DNA of 64,000 bases from a virus. Where the stretch lies: IMG/VR virus record IMGVR_UViG_3300007986_000012; one strand, written 5' to 3'. Shown in pieces: positions 8,418-17,151 of the stretch. The position numbers and the translations under genes were made by a program. The notes below the pieces were generated by a model, which saw only the letters and a list, made by a program, of their open reading frames with translations, did not search any database and had not been told where the DNA came from. The stretch's first letter is position 1, and the number at the start of each line of letters is the position of its first letter.

Positions 8418-9068
8418 TTCGCTAGGCATCAGAGCCATCAACGTAGCATTTCTAATACCATACTGTGCCATCTCGGATCGTAGACCTTCCCAGTCAAAGC
8501 GGGTCTTATGTGGTATGATCTCGTCTATTTCTTTCTTGCGGTTTTCCCAAGGGAACTGCCCTATCCCATATTTTGTTTCTGCCGAAAGTTCACAAGGACC
8601 TTGCTCTTTAGCAAGTTGTACAGAAGCTTTGGTCAAATAGAACGCCATTGCTTCCATGTATTCATCTACTGTCTCGAATGCAGACCCGTCATAACGCATA
8701 TTATTTTTGGCTAAAAAGTACGCCAAGTTTATAATTCCTATACCCAAAGTTCTAAATTCTTTTGTCGAAAGCTCTGCTTGTATGGCAGGAAAATCTTGGT
8801 ACGTTAATAGAGAGTCTAATGCCCTTACTGCTAACTCACATGGTTTTTCAAAATCTTCAGGCTTTTTGATATTTCCCCAATTTATAGCAGAGAGGGTGCA
8901 TAAAGCTATTCTACCATTTTCGTCATTGACGCCCTCAAAAGGCGTTGTGGGCAAAGTTATCTCCGCACAGTTGTGTACTAGTATATTATTCGCATAAAAA
9001 TTTGACGTATCTTTTACTGTAATGTCATAAACGGGTCTGGTTATTTTCTGTTTAGTTATTGTTAACAT
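8070..9068 (-). CDS. nrdA: NrdA middle fragment flanked by IntC1 and IntN2
   Basis: ..VHN|CAEITLP (thiyl Cys), CTLSAINWG, RTLGIGIINLA, IRNATLMALMPSE|CQSLD.. Confidence 0.93.
   Translation of the reverse strand: MLTITKQKITRPVYDITVKDTSNFYANNILVHNCAEITLPTTPFEGVNDENGRIALCTLSAINWGNIKKPEDFEKPCELAVRALDSLLTYQDFPAIQAELSTKEFRTLGIGIINLAYFLAKNNMRYDGSAFETVDEYMEAMAFYLTKASVQLAKEQGPCELSAETKYGIGQFPWENRKKEIDEIIPHKTRFDWEGLRSEMAQYGIRNATLMALMPSECQSLDNEILMKDGSKTTLEKLIREYGNISIEDIHSNPFMIGQRFSFLKPVELSDSIAHEFYYNGPKEIIEIEFEDGSSYKFTENHRLLVDRGGSSQWIEIKDLRENDNVVSVNTK
8970..9068 (-). mobile_element. Split intein 1, C-half (+1 residue Cys)
   Basis: MLTITKQK...VYDITV...NFYANNILVHN|C. Confidence 0.92.
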
Positions 9069-9073
9069 TTGTA

Positions 9074-10003
9074 TTATTTCCTTTGTAGTGTGAATGATCC
9101 GTCCGGGTGGTAAAATCTTTTTTTTCCAAGACTACTTTCTCGTATCTGTTGTTTTTGTTGGGAAGATCGATAATAACGATCATATTCAAACTCTATCCCA
9201 CGATTATTGCATTCTTTACGTAGCGCTTCAATAAATTTTTTCCTAGACCCGTTCCAACGGTGCTTAGAAAAGTTTATTATGTAAATTAAATTTTTTTCTT
9301 CGCAGTACTTCTTGTACTCAGATTTTATAAACCTTCCATCGGAACAAGTCTTTATGTAATCTATAGTCTGTTCAAGGTACTCTTCGTTCTTTATATTGTG
9401 AGCATTAAAGTTTTTTAATCCCCGATTCCTTTTGCTCAAATATTCTTTTTGATCTTTTTTTAAACTTTTTCCTTTAGAATGGTGAACCCATTTTCCGCCC
9501 AGAACATTTTCGTGATTTACATCAACTGAGCCTATCATTTCTCCAGTGATGAAATCCTTGACAGGCATTTTTCCTCTCCTAGCTTCAGAAATTCTTGGGT
9601 GACCGGAATTGTTGGCTTTGATAAATCTAGAAAAAGCTTCTCTTTGGTATTTAAACTTTTTCCTCAGTATTTTGTTAACATGAATATCTTCCAACTTTTT
9701 TCCAAAAAAGCCATTTAGCATTAGATTTACGGCACAAATATCATTATATTTCCCATAAACTTTATAACGCAAGTAGTGTATAAACAAGTGTTCTTCTGGT
9801 AAGAGGGACACGATGTTATCTTCACTGTCCATTCCTCCCTCTGATCTAGGAACTATATGATGTCTTTCAACATATAAATTATCAGAATTGAGCCTCAAAT
9901 CCCTCGGGTTTCTTCGAATTATCCTAGTCTTAACATCAGTGTTAATAAAGTCTATAATGAAATTGTTATAGATTTTCTCGTAATTCATAGTCGGTAATGT
10001 CAT
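9074..10003 (-). CDS. Free-standing HNH homing endonuclease (MobE-like)
   Basis: ERHHIVPRSEGGMDSEDNIVSLLPEEHLFIH motif; inserted between nrdA fragments. Confidence 0.85.
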   Translation of the reverse strand: MTLPTMNYEKIYNNFIIDFINTDVKTRIIRRNPRDLRLNSDNLYVERHHIVPRSEGGMDSEDNIVSLLPEEHLFIHYLRYKVYGKYNDICAVNLMLNGFFGKKLEDIHVNKILRKKFKYQREAFSRFIKANNSGHPRISEARRGKMPVKDFITGEMIGSVDVNHENVLGGKWVHHSKGKSLKKDQKEYLSKRNRGLKNFNAHNIKNEEYLEQTIDYIKTCSDGRFIKSEYKKYCEEKNLIYIINFSKHRWNGSRKKFIEALRKECNNRGIEFEYDRYYRSSQQKQQIRESSLGKKRFYHPDGSFTLQRK

Positions 10004-10019
10004 TTCCGTGTATCTTTAT

Positions 10020-10364
10020 TTAGTGTTTGGATATTGTATTGCCCATAAATATTTTAAGAACATCGTCTTCACGCAAGTTCTTAGCTTCAACATAGCCTCT
10101 GTTCATAGTAAATATTTTATGTTCACCAGTGCAGGTTACGGATTTTCCACTTTTTTCACACGTTATGGTGATAAGTTCTTCACTAATTCCGGTTTGTGCA
10201 AAATCCGTTATTTCACTATATACTTCGGTACCGGTATTCAAATCATATGATTTCACTTTAACGCTTCTATGAGCAACCAGATACTTAGCCAAATCTTCTA
10301 TTATTATAGTTTCAAGGATTTCGTCATCCAGTAAGACATCTATCGTTGTATCCCCAACCACACA
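10020..10364 (-). mobile_element. Split intein 1, N-half
   Basis: CVVGDTTI block A, CTGEHKIFT block B, GYVEAKNLREDD, then stop. Confidence 0.92.
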
Positions 10365-11690
10365 CAAATTGCTCTGTTCTATAGGATGAAGTTTCGATAT
10401 GAAAGACCCTTGTGTGTTACAATGATCGATATTTTGGATGTAGATACGACCCGTCGAGACTCTTTCATCCATTATCGTACCAAACACTTCTAGAGCCGGT
10501 AGACTGTATTTCATTTTTATCTTTCTACTTCTCTCATATTTTTCGTATATTCTTTCAAATTCATCGTTATCTCCGGAATAGAATGCGTCCATCAAGTCTG
10601 GAACCTCGTGGGGAGAAAAGAAAGTTATTTTCCCACCCTCTATCAACCTTTTATACGCCAATCTGTTTAATTGTACTCCGTAGTCCATATGTCTGATTCT
10701 ATTCTCTTCGACCCCTTTATTGTTTTTCAGAACAATAAGATTTTCAAACTCGTAATGAAAGAAAGGCCAATACACAGTCGCAGCACCTCCCCTAACCCCA
10801 CCTTGACTACAACTTTTTAGCGCAGCATGAAAATATTTCAAGAAAGGAATGACCCCAGTGTGTTTGATCTCTCCGTTTCTAATCTCAGAACCAACTGCTC
10901 TGATCCTACCAGCGTTTATGCCAATCCCTGCTTTACGTGAAACGTAATTTACGATAGAAGAAGCTGTTGCGTTTATACTGGAAAGTGAGTCACCAGAATT
11001 AATTAATACACAAGAACTGAACTGTTTGGTAGGTGTTCTTACTCCCGCTAAAATCGGTGTAGGAACAGAAATGTCCCACTTACTCAAGGCATCGTAATAT
11101 TCTTTTACGAACTTCATTCGAGTGTCTTCGGGATAGCCATGGAAAAGAGTTGCTGCAATTAGCATGTATGCCATCTGTGGTGTTTCGTAGTATTCTTTTG
11201 TTACGCGGTTTTGGACAAGATATTTTCCTAAAAGTTGTTTCATTCCTGTGTAAGAAAATTCGAAATCCCGGTCATGTTTGATCATCTTGTCCATCTTGCG
11301 CCACTCTTGATCATCATACCATTCAAGAAGTTCTTTCGTGTAATAGCCGGTTGCGACATTCTTCTCTACCAATTTTTTAATTGGCCACGGGGTAATCATA
11401 CCGTATACTTCTTTCCTGAGATTAAAGTTAATCAATTTGGCTGCAACGTATTGATAATTTGGGGCGTCCTCAGATATTAAATCTGCCGCCGTTTTAGTCA
11501 ATGTAGAATGAATCTCGGTTGCCTTCATTCCATCAAAAAACTGTAACTGGCTTTTAATTGCGATGTCGGATACCGAAACACCGGTTACATCTTCGCAAGC
11601 CCATGTCAATATTTTGTGTATCTTATCTAGGTCTAGGGGTTCTTTTCTTCCGTCTCGCTTTTCTACCAAAATTTCTTTTTTAGCGTTCAT
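10020..11690 (-). CDS. nrdA: NrdA N-terminal fragment (ATP cone) followed by split-intein N-half
   Basis: VEKRDGRKE ATP cone, ETPQ, PTPILAGVRT, QFSSC, SCSQGGVRGG, EQSNL|CVVGDT. Confidence 0.95.
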   Translation of the reverse strand: MNAKKEILVEKRDGRKEPLDLDKIHKILTWACEDVTGVSVSDIAIKSQLQFFDGMKATEIHSTLTKTAADLISEDAPNYQYVAAKLINFNLRKEVYGMITPWPIKKLVEKNVATGYYTKELLEWYDDQEWRKMDKMIKHDRDFEFSYTGMKQLLGKYLVQNRVTKEYYETPQMAYMLIAATLFHGYPEDTRMKFVKEYYDALSKWDISVPTPILAGVRTPTKQFSSCVLINSGDSLSSINATASSIVNYVSRKAGIGINAGRIRAVGSEIRNGEIKHTGVIPFLKYFHAALKSCSQGGVRGGAATVYWPFFHYEFENLIVLKNNKGVEENRIRHMDYGVQLNRLAYKRLIEGGKITFFSPHEVPDLMDAFYSGDNDEFERIYEKYERSRKIKMKYSLPALEVFGTIMDERVSTGRIYIQNIDHCNTQGSFISKLHPIEQSNLCVVGDTTIDVLLDDEILETIIIEDLAKYLVAHRSVKVKSYDLNTGTEVYSEITDFAQTGISEELITITCEKSGKSVTCTGEHKIFTMNRGYVEAKNLREDDVLKIFMGNTISKH

Positions 11691-11729
11691 TCTTTCTCCT
11701 AATTGTTGGGCGCTGGGTGATGATTATTT

Positions 11730-11745
11730 AGACCCGAAGGGGTCT
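11730..11745 (-). terminator. Hairpin upstream of nrdA, directly followed by CTAAATA
   Basis: AGACCC-CTTC-GGGTCT on minus; TAAATA at 11725-11730. Confidence 0.5.
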
Positions 11746-11783
11746 TTCAAGAAATATTCTTTGAGTATCTTATACTTATGTCT

Positions 11784-12368
11784 TTACTTTTGCAAGAGTC
11801 GTATCAACTCGTTGTAGCATGGGTATTTTTCGGAAGACACCGTGTAATAATACTGCATTCCATAAAAGATAATTTCTTTCTTGGATTTTAACGCATCGTT
11901 CAATGACGTATTGTCTGAGGTGTATGCGTATTCGATTGAATCTTCCATCATTTCTAAAGCTTTTCCTTTGTCGACCAAATCTAATCCTAACAATTTGGTA
12001 TAAGAGTATCGATACTCTTCGTGATCATTGATTCTAGGATTGAACAAAAATTTGAACCCGTTTTTCGGGAAGATGTAGTGTGTTTTCATCCCATCTTTTT
12101 CACTATGAGGACCGTTGACGACTACTGAACGCATGTGAATGTTCCGATGCTCCTTTTGCAAAGCATCTCCGATAATGCGAATGAAACCAACTGGTTTTTT
12201 CTTATGGCGTACTTTAACTTTGCGAAAATATTTCCCATGGTCATCGAACGCTTTCAATGCTGGATATACGCTCGTGATAGAAAGAAAATCGGAGCATTCT
12301 TTTTTTATGTTTTCTATTATCTTGCTCATATTGCCAATATAAATAATCTTGTCCAGTCTCAATGACAA
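11784..12368 (-). CDS. Hypothetical protein (start possibly the ATG of MSKIIE)
   Basis: 194-aa ORF, CATAAATA upstream at about 12410-12417. Confidence 0.7.
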   Translation of the reverse strand: MSLRLDKIIYIGNMSKIIENIKKECSDFLSITSVYPALKAFDDHGKYFRKVKVRHKKKPVGFIRIIGDALQKEHRNIHMRSVVVNGPHSEKDGMKTHYIFPKNGFKFLFNPRINDHEEYRYSYTKLLGLDLVDKGKALEMMEDSIEYAYTSDNTSLNDALKSKKEIIFYGMQYYYTVSSEKYPCYNELIRLLQK

Positions 12369-12461
12369 AGTATAAAGACTTGCTTATTCAAAGAGAAGAG
12401 TGTGAGTTATATTTATGCGGCAAATACATAACATGATACTAAAGATAAATACTTTAAAGGC

Positions 12462-14102
12462 TTGAATATATTCATGGCAACTATAAAATATCAATGTGAT
12501 ACCTGCAAGAGGGACATCGAACTTCTAGAAAACTCCAGAGGGTTGAACATGTTCAGCTCGTGTACAATAACCGAAGGTTGTAGGGGTAAAATGTATAAAC
12601 TCTCTAGAAACGCTTACAATTTTCGCGAGGCTTTTCGAGAAGCGGACCCTGCTGGTAATCTTGAAAACTTTGCCCCTAGGAAAATATTTTTCAAGCATTA
12701 CCAAAGCATTCTATCAGACAAATGGATAATTAAACACAACCTCAATACGCAACCGGTCGTCAAGGTTTTTCTGGAATCAGAAGATGGGACACAAATAGTG
12801 CCGGTGGGTTCTAATGTATTCAGCGTTATAAACAAATCTTCAAACGAACTAGAGATTGTTTTTAGTGGATCTTTCACCGGACAGGCTCATTTGATTGCCA
12901 GAAGTATTTCGGAAGACAGTATAGATACAATTCCAGATACAGAAAATCTCACCCAAATTTCTTACAACAACACGTTATCTTTTGCAGTCATATCCAGATA
13001 TAGAACGCCATTTCGAGAAATATATACAAACGGTCCAATACAGTTGGACATTGTTCTGCAAGAACCGAATGAAGAGCCTATTTTTTGTGTCGAAACCTTA
13101 TCTGGGTTAGAAGCTGGCTTGTCGCCTTGGAATGATTTTAGGTCAATTCTTTTCAGAAGAAGGCGAAACTTCAATGTGAAAACCAAAAACATAGCAGATT
13201 TTAGAGTTATAAAAGATCGCTATGAGTCATTACAAGACATTCCACAGTTGACTCGTCTAACAATCAAAGGAATAAATTTATTTCCTGATACGGAAACTTT
13301 TAGTGAAATAAAGTCTAAACAACTTTTGTTATTGTTAGCGAACAGTCCATATGACAAAGCAGATAAGAATTTGGGACAATTGATTGACATTGGCGAAATA
13401 GGACAAAAATCGGAGAATACATCATTTGTGTTTGTGAATGGTGTTTTATATTCTGACCCATCCAACATTGAAGTCGTCTATCCAAAAATAGAAAAAGATG
13501 TTGTAGTGGCTCCGTTGCCGTCCAGCACCCCAACTCCTACAGTGTCTATTACATCGTCAACCGCGCCAACACCTACACCGACACCTACCCCTACAGTGAC
13601 GCCTACAGTGACGCCTACAGTAACGCCTACAGTGACGCCTACAGTGACGCCTACACCTTCGGGCGTGTCTTTTTGTTGGGTAGGAGATACTACGGATTGG
13701 TCTGTTTTTGGGTCTGAGTCGAACCCGTATTTTGACGGAACCTGTTTTGTTTATGGTGAATTCGGTTCGTCAGTTTCAACTAACCCGATAGAATATTCCG
13801 GTTCGGGGGTTTCTTTGTCTCACGGTATAAGATTCGAACTGTTGTTGTCCGGACCGACACCCAATATTGACGTAGATATACAAATTAATGCTAATAGTCT
13901 AATAGGACCAACTGTTGTTGACACAGTTGAACTAACAAACGGTGTTCCATTTGTATATGAATTAGATGAAACTTCTGGCCTGTTCGATGGTGTTTCTTCA
14001 TTAGACCCCGCGTCTATATCAGTAAGCTACACGAGAATAGATAATTATGATGTCGTAACCATTTGTAATATTGAAGCTAGAAGCCAAGATTGTGCCCCTT
14101 AA
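12462..14102 (+). CDS. Probable virion structural protein with N-terminal Cys motif, Pro/Thr linker and C-terminal beta domain (likely start ATG 12474)
   Basis: CDTC..C....C N-terminus, WIIKHNL..QP.V.VF motif, (PTVT)5 linker, late promoter TAAATA at 12446. Confidence 0.7.
   Translation: MNIFMATIKYQCDTCKRDIELLENSRGLNMFSSCTITEGCRGKMYKLSRNAYNFREAFREADPAGNLENFAPRKIFFKHYQSILSDKWIIKHNLNTQPVVKVFLESEDGTQIVPVGSNVFSVINKSSNELEIVFSGSFTGQAHLIARSISEDSIDTIPDTENLTQISYNNTLSFAVISRYRTPFREIYTNGPIQLDIVLQEPNEEPIFCVETLSGLEAGLSPWNDFRSILFRRRRNFNVKTKNIADFRVIKDRYESLQDIPQLTRLTIKGINLFPDTETFSEIKSKQLLLLLANSPYDKADKNLGQLIDIGEIGQKSENTSFVFVNGVLYSDPSNIEVVYPKIEKDVVVAPLPSSTPTPTVSITSSTAPTPTPTPTPTVTPTVTPTVTPTVTPTVTPTPSGVSFCWVGDTTDWSVFGSESNPYFDGTCFVYGEFGSSVSTNPIEYSGSGVSLSHGIRFELLLSGPTPNIDVDIQINANSLIGPTVVDTVELTNGVPFVYELDETSGLFDGVSSLDPASISVSYTRIDNYDVVTICNIEARSQDCAP
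13590..13655 (+). repeat. 12-nt tandem repeat encoding (PTVT)5
   Basis: CCTACAGTGACG x5 (one variant), within a longer S/T/P-rich tract. Confidence 0.95.
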
Positions 14103-14117
14103 ATAGGAACAATTCTA

Positions 14118-14729
14118 GTGAATATTGATGTCCATATAATTAAAAATGACCGAGGATATCTTGACGAATGTTTGGAAAGTTTGGAAGGTTCTCCGATAAA
14201 TCTACACTTTGTTGATTATGTAGACGGAAATCACGGAAAAGCCAGAATAAAAGGATTCATGCAAGGACATTCCCCGTATGTTTCTTGTTTCGATGATGAT
14301 GACATTGCTGTTCCCACAGTGTTTGAGAGAGCATTGCGGGTAATGGAAAAGGGCTATACCGCATATTACTCCAATCATTACTATCTAGACGAAAATAGAC
14401 AGGTAAAAGGCAAGCGCTTTGGCAAGATTGCAGCAAAACCGGGGATGGGACAGGCTGCACAAATGCATCACGTTGTTGTCTATAGGAGGGACGTAATACT
14501 ACCCGTGTTACACTTGCTAGATGGAATATATGCATCAGACCAGCTTTTATTAAACCTAAAGGCAATATATGATGGGAAGGTATTGGGTGATCCATTCATG
14601 GGAATGTATTGGAGGATTCATGAACACAATTTACACAAAAGAAAAACTTTTAATAACAAAAACAACCCCAAGGAATGGCAAGATGCGGTAGAATACTATA
14701 AAAATGAGATACAGAAAAGAAATGATTGA
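14118..14729 (+). CDS. Glycosyltransferase, GT-A fold (GT2-like)
   Basis: YVSCFDDDD DxD-type motif, GKARIKG, MHHVVVYRR, MYWRIHE.NLH; 15 nt after the PTVT gene. Confidence 0.8.
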   Translation: MNIDVHIIKNDRGYLDECLESLEGSPINLHFVDYVDGNHGKARIKGFMQGHSPYVSCFDDDDIAVPTVFERALRVMEKGYTAYYSNHYYLDENRQVKGKRFGKIAAKPGMGQAAQMHHVVVYRRDVILPVLHLLDGIYASDQLLLNLKAIYDGKVLGDPFMGMYWRIHEHNLHKRKTFNNKNNPKEWQDAVEYYKNEIQKRND

Positions 14730-15321
14730 TGTGCATGTAATTCAAACAGGTCGAAAATATGCCAAAGAATGCTTGGACAGTTTGCACGATGAGCCTATAA
14801 ATCTTTTTTTGTCAAAATTTATCGAAGGTCGTATAGGATTAGCCAGAGTTAAAGCAATCATGGAGGGAAATTCCGAATTTGTATCTTTTGTGGATGACGA
14901 CGACATATTGGTCCCCGGCACTTTTGGAATAGCTTTAGAAGTTCTCAAAAAAGGATATTCGGCCTACTATACTAATCATTTTGTAATGGATTCGGAAAAA
15001 AAAGTTTATGGCAAGTGGTTTCACAAACCAGCTAAACCAATCGGTTTTTCCCAAAATATACAAATGCATCATGTAGTAGTTTATCGTAGAAGTATAATCG
15101 AACGTGTGTTTGATTCGACCGCGTTGGCCAGAACAAGCGAAAGAACTCTATTCAACCTAGCATCAATCTATCACGGGGTTGTATATGGCGATGACAGAAT
15201 GGGATTATACTGGAGAGTACACGACGATTCCGCACACAACGTGAAATGGGAAAACCCGAAAGAATGGCATATAGAAGTCGATAGATATCAACAAAAAATA
15301 TTGAACAAACAAAAGAAGTAA
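14722..15321 (+). CDS. Glycosyltransferase, GT2-like, tandem paralogue (track start 14704; likely start 14722)
   Basis: FVSFVDDDD, GLARVKA, MHHVVVYRR, LYWRVHDDSAH; colinear with the previous ORF. Confidence 0.8.
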   Translation: MIDVHVIQTGRKYAKECLDSLHDEPINLFLSKFIEGRIGLARVKAIMEGNSEFVSFVDDDDILVPGTFGIALEVLKKGYSAYYTNHFVMDSEKKVYGKWFHKPAKPIGFSQNIQMHHVVVYRRSIIERVFDSTALARTSERTLFNLASIYHGVVYGDDRMGLYWRVHDDSAHNVKWENPKEWHIEVDRYQQKILNKQKK

Positions 15322-15326
15322 ATGAT

Positions 15327-15986
15327 ATGTCTGAATTAATAGACGAACTTGCAAAAGAGGTTGGGGGAAAAGACATCTACATCATCGGGGGTGGAAAATC
15401 TTTCAATCCTTCAGCAGAATATGTTACCAAAATTCCTAAAGACAGAACCATTTGTCTTAATTCTGCGCTACAAGATTTCGACACATGCCTCGCTTGTATG
15501 TTTATGGATTCCAGTTGGCAAGGAAATAATAAAAAACTTTTGGATGAAAGAAGACAGAAATACGCACTAAGAGTCAATCTAGACCGAAGAGTACATACAC
15601 CACAAAGAAATGACTATATTATGTATTTGCGAAATTCTATGATATCCAGATGTTCTTTTGGACCAAACTACAGATTAAAGAGATATGACGTGTGTGGTAA
15701 CAATATAGGGGTGTGTGCTATCGATCTCATGGATCAAATGGGGGCAAAAAACATCTATCTCTTTGGCTTTGACTGCACTTCTGATGGAACTTCGTCCCAC
15801 TATCATAATAGATACAGGATCGTGGTCAAACAAAAAACATATGATGATAAGCTGATACCCTGCTTCAACTCTCTCGCCGAACATTTAAAGAAAAAAGGAA
15901 CACACCATCGAGTCATCAACTTCTCACGACCAACCAATATAACTTCTTTGCAGTCAAAAAGTCTGGAAGATTTCGATTTTCCCTAA
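15327..15986 (+). CDS. DUF115/Maf-like (sialyl/pseudaminyl-transferase-like) protein
   Basis: IYIIGGGKS, ICLN, AIDLM..MGAKNIYLFGFDC, SHYH motifs. Confidence 0.65.
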   Translation: MSELIDELAKEVGGKDIYIIGGGKSFNPSAEYVTKIPKDRTICLNSALQDFDTCLACMFMDSSWQGNNKKLLDERRQKYALRVNLDRRVHTPQRNDYIMYLRNSMISRCSFGPNYRLKRYDVCGNNIGVCAIDLMDQMGAKNIYLFGFDCTSDGTSSHYHNRYRIVVKQKTYDDKLIPCFNSLAEHLKKKGTHHRVINFSRPTNITSLQSKSLEDFDFP

Positions 15987-15995
15987 TGGTTTTTG

Positions 15996-16026
15996 GATGT
16001 CCTAGGTAGTCTCAACCTAGGACATC
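15996..16026. terminator. Perfect 12-bp inverted repeat between convergent genes
   Basis: GATGTCCTAGGT-7nt-ACCTAGGACATC; no U-tract on either side. Confidence 0.55.
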
Positions 16027-16044
16027 GTTGCGTGATGGTAAATC

Positions 16045-17052
16045 TTAGACACTGAACGGAAAATTGATAGCCGGAAGAGGGTCATAATCTGATATAACAA
16101 AAGAATCTTTCGTTGCGTTTTCACAAAATTCTCTCAGGTTATCATAAGTAGGGACTTTTATAGTTGGTGAAGGTTTAATTTCACGCTCCATTTGTTCCCG
16201 GAAAAGTTCTATTTGGTCCTCATAAATGTGGATGTTGTGCATTACGTGAGAAAGTTCTCCAGTCTTCAGATTGGTCATGTTAGCGACTATACGGAGTAGC
16301 AGGGCGTAGCTTGCTATGTTGTACGGGACTCCCAACGGGTAGTCACAAGACCTTTGGACCATAGTCATGTGTAAGTATCCATCCAAGATTGTAAACATAT
16401 ATGTAATATGACACGGAGGGAGTGCCATTTTGTCCAGTTCACCGGGGTTCCAATGGGTTACAATCAGTCTACGATCATCGATACCTTTACTGATCTTGGA
16501 GATGCACATGGACAACTGATCGACACTTCCACCGTCTGGTCTCTTCCAATCTCTAGCCTGTACTCCGTAAATCCTACCAAGATCATCTTGTCCTTTTCTG
16601 CTTGGATTATTTAACCACTGCTCGTTGTCGTTTGCGTTCGCATCCCAAATTTTGCAGCCCTCTTCTCTAAACAGAGCGGCGCTGTCGTGTCCTTTAATGA
16701 ATCCTATCAGTTCTGCCGCAATAGGACGAATATCCATCTTCTTGGTCGTAAGAAGTGGAAATGCATCGGTATCGGACATATCATATTTTGTCATCTCGGC
16801 TCGTATAGTGAGACACCGTTTTCCGGTTCTTTTGTTGTAAACCCAAATACCCTCTTCTAGAAGTTTTTGTCCCACTCTATTGTATTCTCCGTCGAAAAAT
16901 ACTGAATTTTGTTTCTGCATTAATTTTTGTACCTCTTGATAGCATTCTTGTCCCACAAGGTAATAATCCATTTGTGACAAGCATTGAAAATCCAAATCGC
17001 CACAATGCTCTTTAATCTTGTCCAAACACTTCGTGTTCATTGTTTTTACCAT
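16045..17052 (-). CDS. thyA: Thymidylate synthase with N-terminal extension
   Basis: PLLTTKK, DLGRIYG, RRLIVTHWNP, ALPPCH, QRSCD.PLGVPYN, HIYEDQ. Confidence 0.96.
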   Translation of the reverse strand: MVKTMNTKCLDKIKEHCGDLDFQCLSQMDYYLVGQECYQEVQKLMQKQNSVFFDGEYNRVGQKLLEEGIWVYNKRTGKRCLTIRAEMTKYDMSDTDAFPLLTTKKMDIRPIAAELIGFIKGHDSAALFREEGCKIWDANANDNEQWLNNPSRKGQDDLGRIYGVQARDWKRPDGGSVDQLSMCISKISKGIDDRRLIVTHWNPGELDKMALPPCHITYMFTILDGYLHMTMVQRSCDYPLGVPYNIASYALLLRIVANMTNLKTGELSHVMHNIHIYEDQIELFREQMEREIKPSPTIKVPTYDNLREFCENATKDSFVISDYDPLPAINFPFSV

Positions 17053-17116
17053 TTTTCTGGGAGTATTTACATATTTTATAGACTTGTGACAACTGGAGTC
17101 AAATATAATCCCAAGT

Positions 17117-17124
17117 TATAAATA
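17117..17124 (+). promoter_or_regulatory. T4-like late promoter (representative of more than 20 copies)
   Basis: TATAAATA 27 nt before ATG 17152; other sites listed in findings. Confidence 0.75.
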
Positions 17125-17151
17125 AAGATAGACAAGTTATCAAACAAATCC

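Noticed and set aside
6493-11690. Group I introns as the cause of nrdA fragmentation
   Set aside because: Fragment boundaries carry intein blocks A/B and F/G with their own SD and start codons, leaving almost no non-coding room for a ribozyme core
13590-13655. CRISPR-like array at the short tandem repeats (also 12-207, 40547-40594, 7812-7996)
   Set aside because: No spacers; all are in-frame coding repeats
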